A DNA stretch of 61,723 nucleotides, from positions 1-61,723 of the forward strand of contig JBAYIY010000009.1 in assembly GCA_041665365.1 (NCBI GenBank), written 5' to 3'. Positions 9,503-17,570 of this stretch are shown here, piece after piece. Below the pieces are notes generated by a model. That model worked only from the letters and a program-made list of their open reading frames with translations. It did not search any database and was not told the origin of the DNA. The translations under genes and the position numbers were made by a program. How positions within the stretch are numbered: position 1 is the first letter of the stretch; every line of letters begins with the position of its first letter. The stretch is from Patescibacteria group bacterium. Lineage in GTDB: Bacteria > Patescibacteriota > Patescibacteriia > UBA9570.

Positions 9503-10012
9503 TTAATTAAGAATCCGGAGTAAATGAGTTAGAATGGTGAGCGGCGACGGTGGATCCCCTGGGATGCAATAGTTAACTGGGATCACATCGTTCACACCGT
9601 CAGCGCTGGCGTATGATCCGCGATAAATGCCGCCATTAATAGCATCGTCCCCCACCGCTACAACTATCTTAGGGTCAGGTGTCACGGCGTAAGCGTGCCG
9701 TAAAGCCTTGACCATATTACGCGTCACCGGCCCAGTTATCAAGAGCAGGTCGGCGTGTTTCGGTGAGGCGACAAAGTGGATACCAAACCGTTCCACATCA
9801 TAATAACTATTAGTGAGAGCCACCAGTTCTTGTTCGCAGGCATTATCAGACCCAGCATCAATTTGTCTGATCGCTAAAGAACCGTGAAATAATTTTTTGA
9901 CACGCTCATTTATGGCCTCGCCAACAACCAATAAATCTGGCTCAGCCACAGTGTTTGGTGCCGAAATAACAGTAGGTTTTGTTGTGATAATTTTTTTAAA
10001 AAGTCCAATCAT
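9503..10012 (-). CDS. NuoB/HycG-like hydrogenase small-subunit homologue with three of four [4Fe-4S] cysteines replaced by Asp
   Basis: 169 aa. GSDNACE sits where GSCNGCE is expected. SPKHADLLLITGPVT is conserved. AVGDDAINGG sits where AVGxCAxxGG is expected, and IPGDPPSP where IPGCPPRP is expected. Confidence 0.8.
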   Translation of the reverse strand: MIGLFKKIITTKPTVISAPNTVAEPDLLVVGEAINERVKKLFHGSLAIRQIDAGSDNACEQELVALTNSYYDVERFGIHFVASPKHADLLLITGPVTRNMVKALRHAYAVTPDPKIVVAVGDDAINGGIYRGSYASADGVNDVIPVNYCIPGDPPSPLTILTHLLRILN

Positions 10013-10046
10013 ATTGACTAATATTCATGATGTGCCGATAGGATAA

Positions 10047-11477
10047 CTAATTTACTCTAAAATGGCAACCCAAGCTCTTGGTTCGCTGCAAGGCCGCCTG
10101 TAAAATCTGTTCCCCCACCGTGGCCATGTTGTATAACTCTGGCGAACCTTCCTGTTTAATGGTTTTTTTCAAAATCTGCATGGCGGCCAAGCCGGAGGCT
10201 AAGCCAGCCTTTGTGCGCACAATACCGCCCGCTTCCCACATGATATTCTGTAATTGTTGTTTTAAACCAATTAAAGTATCTGAATTATTATTGAATATTT
10301 TAACAGCATGATTATGATTAGGAATATTTTTGTGTTTTTTGGTCGGAGTGATAGATATAATATTTTTCGCGGCTCGAGTAGCAAATACCAAACACTCCAG
10401 TAAAGAGTTACTGGCCAGCCGGTTAGCGCCTTGCACACCGGTTCTGGCGACTTCACCGATGGCATATAAACCCGGCAAAGAGGTTCGACCGGCTGTGTCG
10501 GTAACAACACCACCGCACATGTAATGAGCGACCGGTGTAATTGGAATTAAATCTTTTTCTAAATGAAAATTATCTTTGGCTAAGGCTTTGTATATTCCAG
10601 GAAAGCGTTGTTTGAGAAAGGCTTTAGTTTCATGGCGGAAATCTAGATAGACCAAACCCTGGCGTTGTTGCCGAAATACTGCTCGGCTGACGTAATCACG
10701 CGGCTTTAATTCAGCGACGAATCTTTGGCCGAGGTGATTTACTAAATGAGCACCTTCACCCCGCAAGGCTTCTGAGAGTAAAAAGGGTTGTTGGCCAGGT
10801 AGATAATAAGCCGTGGGATGAAACTGCACAAACTCTAAATCAGACATTTTAGCACCGGCGCGAATAGCCATCGCCATGCCATCTCCGGTTACGACACTAG
10901 GGTTGGAGGTGTAGGGATAAATTTGACCGGCGCCACCAGTAGCCAGCACGACAGCATCAGCGAAATAATGGTTTTTATTGGTTTGCACGCCAATTACTCG
11001 ATTATTTTTTTTAATTACATCTAGCGCAAACTCCCATTCATGAATTGCAATAGCGTGATGTTTTTTTACAGCAGCAATTAAGGCTTGCTCAACAATTTTT
11101 CCGGTCATATCGGTAGCATGGACAATGCGCCGATAACTGTGTCCACCTTCTCGCCCTAAATCCAACTGGCCTTGTGACTTATTAAAAGCCACTCCCAATT
11201 TGATTAGCTCTTTAATCTGAGCCGGTGCTTCATTAACTAATAACTCGACAGATTTTTTTACATTATGATAAGACCCGGCTTTAAGAGTGTCTGCAATATG
11301 TTTACTAAAGTTGTCTTGCGGATCAAACACAGCGGCGATACCACCTTGGGCATAACTAGAACTACTTTCGATAATTTTATTTTTTGTAATCAAAGTGACA
11401 TGACTATGTTCAGCGCAATGTAAGGCGCAATACAAACCAGCCACACCACTACCAATAATAATTACCTCTCGCTTCAT
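10047..11477 (-). CDS. nadB: L-aspartate oxidase
   Basis: 476 aa with the FAD fold VIIIGSGVAGL, plus SSYAQGGIAA, HPTA and GGANRLASNSLLE-type motifs. Confidence 0.9.
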   Translation of the reverse strand: MKREVIIIGSGVAGLYCALHCAEHSHVTLITKNKIIESSSSYAQGGIAAVFDPQDNFSKHIADTLKAGSYHNVKKSVELLVNEAPAQIKELIKLGVAFNKSQGQLDLGREGGHSYRRIVHATDMTGKIVEQALIAAVKKHHAIAIHEWEFALDVIKKNNRVIGVQTNKNHYFADAVVLATGGAGQIYPYTSNPSVVTGDGMAMAIRAGAKMSDLEFVQFHPTAYYLPGQQPFLLSEALRGEGAHLVNHLGQRFVAELKPRDYVSRAVFRQQRQGLVYLDFRHETKAFLKQRFPGIYKALAKDNFHLEKDLIPITPVAHYMCGGVVTDTAGRTSLPGLYAIGEVARTGVQGANRLASNSLLECLVFATRAAKNIISITPTKKHKNIPNHNHAVKIFNNNSDTLIGLKQQLQNIMWEAGGIVRTKAGLASGLAAMQILKKTIKQEGSPELYNMATVGEQILQAALQRTKSLGCHFRVN

Positions 11478-12325
11478 GGAATAATGTCTAAAGAAATATC
11501 TAAGGCTTTAACTGAATGGGTGAGAAAACCCATTGAAATAACATCAACACCAGTTTTAGCATAGATCTTTATATTTGTCAGGTTAATATTACCAGATGCT
11601 TCAAGAATATATTTATTACGAAGTTTATGTTTGGCTAGCCAGTGTACGGCATAGAGCAATTTATTGGGTGAGAAATTATCTAATAATAAGATTTGAAATT
11701 GTGGATATTGCACAACCGCCCGTTTTAATTGAGCAATTGAGTCTATTTCTAATTCACACAATTGTTTACCGAAATTAGCCTTTTTTAGACTGGCATGGTC
11801 GAGTAAGGCTAAATGGTTATCTTTTACCATGATACCATCACCTAAGTGCAGGCGATGAGTTAAGCCGCCTCCTAAACTGACCGCTTTTTTATCTAAGCCA
11901 CCCCAAGCCGTTTTGCGGGTGGCGGCAATTTTTACTTTGTCCTGCACCATTTGCACACATTGTTTAGTCAGTGTGGCAATACCAGATAAGCGTTGTAAAG
12001 TGTTCAAAACTGTCCGTTCACATCTTAAGATACTTCTAGCATTACCTGATAATTTTAAAAGCACGGCTTTTTTACCTAAAGTTACTGAAATATTTTCACG
12101 TTTTAATAGCCAAATAACCTCATCTAAACCGGCTATAACACCCGGTTGTTTTTGAATAATTTGCGCCTGACACTGTTGGTTACGGGAAATCAATTTTTTA
12201 GAAGTATTATCATAGTAGGCATCACTGGCGAGCGCTCCAGCTATATAGCGTTCGACTTGCTCACGATACCACGGGTGCGTCATTGTTAATTCACTACTGC
12301 GATCGTAGTAGCTACTAATGTTCAT
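11474..12325 (-). CDS. nadC: Nicotinate-nucleotide pyrophosphorylase (quinolinate phosphoribosyltransferase)
   Basis: 283 aa with ERTVLNTLQRLSGIAT, ATRKT, HRLHLGDGIMVKDNH and LLDNF. Overlaps both neighbours by 4 nt. Confidence 0.85.
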   Translation of the reverse strand: MNISSYYDRSSELTMTHPWYREQVERYIAGALASDAYYDNTSKKLISRNQQCQAQIIQKQPGVIAGLDEVIWLLKRENISVTLGKKAVLLKLSGNARSILRCERTVLNTLQRLSGIATLTKQCVQMVQDKVKIAATRKTAWGGLDKKAVSLGGGLTHRLHLGDGIMVKDNHLALLDHASLKKANFGKQLCELEIDSIAQLKRAVVQYPQFQILLLDNFSPNKLLYAVHWLAKHKLRNKYILEASGNINLTNIKIYAKTGVDVISMGFLTHSVKALDISLDIIP

Positions 12326-13284
12326 AGGGCAATCATACGATCAATAGCTAGTTTGGCTTTTTGTTGGATGTCATTGGGTATAGTGATAGCAAATTGATTG
12401 TACAGTAAACTATCATAAACTTTTTGCAGGGTGATCTTTTTCATGTATTCACAGATAGCCGTGTCTTTTAGTGGGATATAAGTTTTTTGTGGCGCGGCTC
12501 GCTTCATGCGTTCAATAATACCAACTTCTGTGCCGATAATAAATTCTTTAGCCGGAGATTGTGTTACTTCTTTGATCATGCCGCTAGTAGATAAGACTTT
12601 GGCTGAGGTTAATTGTGCTTGATTCATCATATATAAACATTGACTGATACAGCCACATTCTGGATGTAATAAAATTTCAGCCTGAGGATGCTTAGCTTGT
12701 AAGGTTTTTAAATGTTCCGCTCGAAAGCCGGCGTGAACATGACACTCGCCTGGCCAGATATGTAAATTGTTTCGCTTGGTGATGCGTTGAATGTAAGCCC
12801 CTAAAAACATATCTGGACCAAATAATATTTCTTGATCGGCTGGAATACTTCGCACAATTTTAACTGCGTTAGATGACGTACAACAATAATCCGATAAGGC
12901 TTTAACTGCTGCAGTGGTGTTAACATACATAACAACTTTAGCTTTGGGATGTTCACTTTTCCACTGCACTAATTGATCGGCAGTGATCGAATCGGCCAAA
13001 GAACAACCGGCCGCTAAATCTGGCAACAACACGGTTTTTTCTGGAGCCAAAATTTTGGCGGTTTCGGCCATAAAATGCACTCCACAAAATACAATTGTTG
13101 CAGCCGTGGTGGTGGCAGCTTGCCGTGATAATTCAAGCGAATCACCAATAAAATCGGCCGCATCATAAATTTCCGGCAATTGATAATTATGCGCTAAAAT
13201 AATTGCCCGGCGCTCTTGTTTAAGCTGCAATACCCGTTCCAGCAATGACTGGTTCGATGATTGGTTGGATGCTTGATGGGACAT
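12322..13284 (-). CDS. nadA: Quinolinate synthase
   Basis: 320 aa with ILAHNYQ, FCGVHFMAETAKIL, GCSLADS, YVNTTA and HPECGC. The first 21 codons overlap the nadM 3' end; a TTG at codon 14 is an alternative start. Confidence 0.9.
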   Translation of the reverse strand: MSHQASNQSSNQSLLERVLQLKQERRAIILAHNYQLPEIYDAADFIGDSLELSRQAATTTAATIVFCGVHFMAETAKILAPEKTVLLPDLAAGCSLADSITADQLVQWKSEHPKAKVVMYVNTTAAVKALSDYCCTSSNAVKIVRSIPADQEILFGPDMFLGAYIQRITKRNNLHIWPGECHVHAGFRAEHLKTLQAKHPQAEILLHPECGCISQCLYMMNQAQLTSAKVLSTSGMIKEVTQSPAKEFIIGTEVGIIERMKRAAPQKTYIPLKDTAICEYMKKITLQKVYDSLLYNQFAITIPNDIQQKAKLAIDRMIAL

Positions 13285-13699
13285 AATGTTTCCAAATATC
13301 GTTATGTTGCTTGATCAATCGTCGAATCACTGTACCGTCAATGGACACACTCACGGCTGGATCCAACACAGGAATGCCCTGCTTTCTAAATAAGAGTTGT
13401 ACCAACCGATTGCCACTAATTACTTGATCGAAACCACTTGGGTAAGCAGCATACACGGTTTTCTTAACATGATCAACCCAATGGGCATCATCATGAATAT
13501 CCGGTATGGCAATAACAGGGATACCGGGTAAAACAATTTCAAGGCACTGTTTCCGTTCGGCAAAAGACAATGGATTATTAGTCGTACGCGCGTATTGACT
13601 GCTACCAATTCCCACTAGTATGGTACCGGAAAATTTTTTCAAGACAGATAAGTGACCAAGATGTAAAGGTTGGAATCGTCCAATAAATAATGATGTCAT
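13220..13699 (-). CDS. nadM: Nicotinamide/nicotinate mononucleotide adenylyltransferase, archaeal NadM type
   Basis: 159 aa. The N-terminus FIGRFQPLHLGHL is the (H/T)xGH nucleotidyltransferase motif of the NadM family. The protein is small and single-domain. Confidence 0.75.
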   Translation of the reverse strand: MTSLFIGRFQPLHLGHLSVLKKFSGTILVGIGSSQYARTTNNPLSFAERKQCLEIVLPGIPVIAIPDIHDDAHWVDHVKKTVYAAYPSGFDQVISGNRLVQLLFRKQGIPVLDPAVSVSIDGTVIRRLIKQHNDIWKHYVPSSIQPIIEPVIAGTGIAA

Positions 13700-13703
13700 A
13701 ATA

Positions 13704-14393
13704 TTATAAATGTGGTGGTAGAACTAATTTATGTTGGGCAGATTTTTGTAATTGCTTTATTTTCTCTACAACAGTTAGATTAGAATAATCTTTATCTTTT
13801 AAGACGCTATCGGCCATTTGATAAGTCATACCTAATTCTGTTTCATCTGTTTGGCCAGACCATAAACCAGCCGATGGGGCTTTGGAGATAATCTGCTCGG
13901 GTACACCCAATTGTTTGGCCAACTCCCACACCTGGGTTTTATATAAATGAGCTAACGGTGCAAGATCTACTCCCCCATCACCATACTTAGTAAAGTAACC
14001 TAACTCGAATTCAGTTCTGTTACCCGTTCCCACTACTAACCCACCTAATTCATTCGCCTGCATATACAAAACAGACATTCTTACTCGCGCCTTTAAATTA
14101 CCCAATGATAACGCTGAGATACTTGGCTCAATTTTTTGAAATTCATGAATAATAGGGTCAATATTAATTACCCTATTTGTTATTTTTAATTTACTAATTA
14201 CCAATTTAGCATCATCTAGATCTTGTTGAGTATTAGAGCCAGATGGTAAATAAAAAGAATAAATTTTATTAGTAGATATAGCTTTAGTTAGTAGATAAGC
14301 TACTACTGTTGAATCTACTCCACCACTCAAACCAATCACGGCCGGCTTATCATGTAAGTGTTTTTTTAAGAATGTTACGATTGGTTCAATCAT
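13704..14393 (-). CDS. nadE: NH3-dependent NAD+ synthetase
   Basis: 229 aa with the PP-loop GLSGGVDSTVVA, plus TGNRTEFELGYFTKYGDG and APSAGLW. Confidence 0.85.
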   Translation of the reverse strand: MIEPIVTFLKKHLHDKPAVIGLSGGVDSTVVAYLLTKAISTNKIYSFYLPSGSNTQQDLDDAKLVISKLKITNRVINIDPIIHEFQKIEPSISALSLGNLKARVRMSVLYMQANELGGLVVGTGNRTEFELGYFTKYGDGGVDLAPLAHLYKTQVWELAKQLGVPEQIISKAPSAGLWSGQTDETELGMTYQMADSVLKDKDYSNLTVVEKIKQLQKSAQHKLVLPPHL

Positions 14394-14812
14394 AAGCCCG
14401 TACTGCCAAAACCATGATCATTTCTATCTGTCACAGATAAATTATCCGTCTCAATAATATTTGGTTGCACAATTGGTTGAATTAATAATTGAGCAATTTT
14501 TTGACCAGATTTTATGATGTAATTTTCCGAACCAGTATTATATAAAGCAATTTTTATTTCACCCCGATAGCCGGAATCGATCACACCGGCTAGAGTGGTT
14601 ACGCCGATTTTAGTGGCAATACCAGATTTATCCCACACTAACCCTACATAACCATCAGGAATGGCCAGACTTATACCTGTTCCTACCAGCCATCGTGCAC
14701 CTCCAGCAATCGTGCATTCCTCAACCGAACAGAGATCTAACCCAGCATCAGTGGTATGGGCATAGTGCGGTAATGTGGCTAAAGGGTTTAATAATTTAAT
14801 GGGTAAATCCAT
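14390..14812 (-). CDS. dut: dUTP diphosphatase
   Basis: 140 aa with DAGLDL, GVIDSGYRGEI and RNDHGFGSTG. Confidence 0.9.
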   Translation of the reverse strand: MDLPIKLLNPLATLPHYAHTTDAGLDLCSVEECTIAGGARWLVGTGISLAIPDGYVGLVWDKSGIATKIGVTTLAGVIDSGYRGEIKIALYNTGSENYIIKSGQKIAQLLIQPIVQPNIIETDNLSVTDRNDHGFGSTGL

Positions 14813-15422
14813 AAAACTTACCTAATAATTGGTTAAGATCAAATTGGACATCACTTAATTTACGATTAGCGTTAATAATTACCCAGTTAGCTTGTTGCTT
14901 GGCGTACTGCAAAAAGTACTCATGGACGGATTGATGGAACTCGAGATCAAAATCATCAAAGCTGTTCATGGTGTGATTAGTCTGCACCCGTTTACGTTCA
15001 ATGCCAATGGCCGGATCAATATCTAAATAGATAGTTAAATCTGGTGTTAAACCAGAGCGAGCGAAGTCTTCCATTTGGATAATTAGATTTTCCGGTTGTA
15101 AATTACGAGCACCAATTTGGTAGGCCAAAGTTGAACCGGTAAAACGATCACATAACACAGTGGTGTTTTTATCTAAGGTCGGTTTAATAATTTCAGCCAC
15201 GTGTTGCGCTCGATCAGCTAGAAATAATAATAGTTCAGCTCGGGTCGCTACTCGTTCTTCTAAAATAAGTTCTCTAATTATTTTACCAATTTTAGTACCA
15301 CCCGGTTCATGAGTAGTAATACTAGAGATCGAGTGCTGTTTTAAAAAATCACTGGTTAATTGGACATGTGACGATTTACCGCTCCCCTCACCACCTTCAA
15401 AAACTATGAATTTACCAGGCAT
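14796..15422 (-). CDS. tmk: Thymidylate kinase
   Basis: P-loop FIVFEGGEGSGKSS, DRF and the lid region. I chose the internal ATG at 15422 (MPGKFIVFEG). The 23 upstream codons in the track lie inside the peptidase gene. Confidence 0.88.
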   Translation of the reverse strand: MPGKFIVFEGGEGSGKSSHVQLTSDFLKQHSISSITTHEPGGTKIGKIIRELILEERVATRAELLLFLADRAQHVAEIIKPTLDKNTTVLCDRFTGSTLAYQIGARNLQPENLIIQMEDFARSGLTPDLTIYLDIDPAIGIERKRVQTNHTMNSFDDFDLEFHQSVHEYFLQYAKQQANWVIINANRKLSDVQFDLNQLLGKFYGFTH

Positions 15423-17049
15423 AAATTTTAGCTCCCATATTAAAATCTTCTTCGTAAACTCTCTCAGTGAATAATACCACAGGTTCAGCATCTAAACTAT
15501 AACCCTTCACCCAAGCTTGGCCGCGACTGGCCTGACTAAATAACACAGTACCATCGGATAAAGCGGTGACATCAATACTGCCAGTAAAATCACTACCAAA
15601 CGGTTGAAATGATTGACCAATTTGTGCGCCGGTTAGAGAAAATACTTTAGCCGTACCAACATCATTACCATTGGTGGTAACAACTAATTGATTATTAAAT
15701 ATTGCCAGATTACAACTGGTAATAGTACTGCTATGGCGAAATGGATTAAACTGATTTACTATCGTGCCACTCGTATCCATAGTCATCACCTTGGCCTTGT
15801 TAAGGTAATTACCACACAGATAAATAGTACCGTCTTTGATCACCATGTCTGTAGCGAGAAAGTTTGGTGGTGAAATAGTCCAGATTAATTCACCGATCAT
15901 ACTGTAAGATGAAATATTATAAGTATTTTTATCGGCAATAATAATTTGGTCGTTGGATACTGTTAAAGCACCAATTCGAATATCTGGCAGATCAAACTGA
16001 TTAATCTTTAACTGATTAATATTTTCTCCAGTTGCTGAGAATATTTTAACGTGATTACCACGAGCGGTAATGATATTGTCATTTTCAACAGCCAAATATG
16101 TCCGTTTAGCAGTATTTTCGCGATAAGGAAAAAATGATTTAGTAACTGAGCCACCGTACGACCATTGCGTGATCTCAGCATTGCTGCTGCCACTTTTCAT
16201 CGCCACAAACATTGGTACCGTAAAAAGATATGTATCCTTTGTAACAGTTCGATTCACCACAGTTTTGTTATTAAACCAATCTCGAGCTATAATTTTCACG
16301 TATAATTTCCCATCGGCGTAATCAGAAATATCAACTACACTTGATAGCACGTAAGTCGGATTGGCGTAATTTGAAATTGTCTGCCAAGTTTCATTATCAC
16401 TACTAACTTTAATACGAACGGATTTAATAGTACTACCCTTATCACCTATTGTGCCAGTGACAGACAAGGAATTTCCAATCACGGCTCCATTTTCTAAGTC
16501 TGGGATAAAGGTGGGTTTCCAAATATCTGCTAATAAATGTTCCGGAATAAAAGTAATTGGGTCGTACCAGTTGGCGGCTTCGGCTGGATCATGCACGTGG
16601 CCGTAATAGATCCACTCACCAGTGTAAGCCGCTTTGTTAATACCGAAATGCAAATGTACTGGCCACCCACCATTATTAACAGTGTCACCTAACACTCCTA
16701 TAACATCCCCCATCGCCACTGTTTGCCCCGGTGTGACTCTAATATCGGTTGGATCAAGGTGCCCATACAACGATACACCAATATCAGTGTGTTCAAGCAA
16801 AACCACTAAACCAAACTGACTACGCTCTTGAGCTTCCCGCACGATGCCATCAGCGGCTGCATAGACAGGCGTTCCGGCTGGCAAATCACCGCCGACATCA
16901 ACGCCCATATGATATAAACCACTACTAATTTCCTCACCTTGTTGTGTAGAAACATGCCAGGTGGGTAACGGATAGATAAAATTAGTGTCCGCCAAACTTG
17001 GCCAAGCGAAGCCAAGTAAGACAAGACTAATTATAAAGTGGCGCACCAT
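15412..17049 (-). CDS. Secreted M23 (LytM-type) metallopeptidase fused to an Ig-like segment and a repeat (beta-propeller-like) C-domain
   Basis: 545 aa. Signal-like N-terminus MVRHFIISLVLLGFAWPSLA. M23 motifs HMGVD (HxxxD) and VHLHFG (HxH). The C-terminal ~250 aa has ~45-aa periodic strands (VKIFSATGE, ISSYSMIGE, VMTMDTSGT, AKVFSLTGA, VKGYSLD). Confidence 0.75.
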   Translation of the reverse strand: MVRHFIISLVLLGFAWPSLADTNFIYPLPTWHVSTQQGEEISSGLYHMGVDVGGDLPAGTPVYAAADGIVREAQERSQFGLVVLLEHTDIGVSLYGHLDPTDIRVTPGQTVAMGDVIGVLGDTVNNGGWPVHLHFGINKAAYTGEWIYYGHVHDPAEAANWYDPITFIPEHLLADIWKPTFIPDLENGAVIGNSLSVTGTIGDKGSTIKSVRIKVSSDNETWQTISNYANPTYVLSSVVDISDYADGKLYVKIIARDWFNNKTVVNRTVTKDTYLFTVPMFVAMKSGSSNAEITQWSYGGSVTKSFFPYRENTAKRTYLAVENDNIITARGNHVKIFSATGENINQLKINQFDLPDIRIGALTVSNDQIIIADKNTYNISSYSMIGELIWTISPPNFLATDMVIKDGTIYLCGNYLNKAKVMTMDTSGTIVNQFNPFRHSSTITSCNLAIFNNQLVVTTNGNDVGTAKVFSLTGAQIGQSFQPFGSDFTGSIDVTALSDGTVLFSQASRGQAWVKGYSLDAEPVVLFTERVYEEDFNMGAKIYAW

Positions 17050-17570
17050 AGGTTTACTTGATTATATAGATCATCTAGCGTGCCCGTATTATGAATTGTG
17101 AAATTGGCGTGTTGCTGCACTAGCGTTATTTCTTGTTCAGTTTGGTCACTTTCTTTTTTTTCAAACTCAGCTAAGGTCATGTTCGCTTCATCAACTTTTT
17201 CTTGACGAAATTTCGTGCGGTCATAACGTGTCTTAATGGGGGCGGTAATATTTAACAAATAAAAATCTGGTAATTTTGCACACGCCTCATATTCAACGAG
17301 ATATCTCATACCATCAACGATCACTAATTGGTCTGATAGTTTGTTCAGATCGTTAATAACGACTTTAACTAATACATCATTACCAAATCTTTGTCTTAAA
17401 AATGTACCAAGGGCAACTAATTCTTGACGCGTGTTGGGTTGATATAAACGGTGTAAAATATCCGTTAAGGGTTGAGAAAATCTTACCACTTGAGCCGACT
17501 TTGTTTTTACTAAATAGTCTGCAACGGTGCCTTTACCGGCTAATTTTTCTCCAGTTAGGGCAATAATCAT
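17031..17570 (-). CDS. P-loop nucleotide kinase (dNMP-kinase-like; exact family uncertain)
   Basis: 179 aa with Walker A ALTGEKLAGKGT and Walker-B-like LVIVDGMR. It sits between the dCMP deaminase and tmk/dut genes. Confidence 0.5.
   Translation of the reverse strand: MIIALTGEKLAGKGTVADYLVKTKSAQVVRFSQPLTDILHRLYQPNTRQELVALGTFLRQRFGNDVLVKVVINDLNKLSDQLVIVDGMRYLVEYEACAKLPDFYLLNITAPIKTRYDRTKFRQEKVDEANMTLAEFEKKESDQTEQEITLVQQHANFTIHNTGTLDDLYNQVNLWCATL

Noticed and set aside
3074-10012. Annotating the six-gene module as a functional formate hydrogenlyase, hydrogenase-4 or NADH dehydrogenase.
   Set aside because: The NiFe ligands are absent from the large subunit and three of four Fe-S ligands are absent from the small subunit. 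There is no ferredoxin-type (HycF/NuoI) subunit, no NuoEFG and no FdhF, and no hyp genes are in view. Homology is clear but the canonical chemistry is not supportable.
14796-15491. Longer N-terminal extensions offered by the ORF track for tmk, rfbB (to 52523), rfbA (to 53690), the 53815 gene (to 55422), atpC (from 37134), rpmA (from 45122), GT4 (from 56157), GT2 (from 59246) and murA (to 49986).
   Set aside because: The extensions overlap neighbouring genes and precede canonical N-terminal motifs (P-loop, Rossmann GxGxxG, MKGIILAGG and others). In several cases they are contradicted by a -10 box placed 6-11 nt before the internal ATG.
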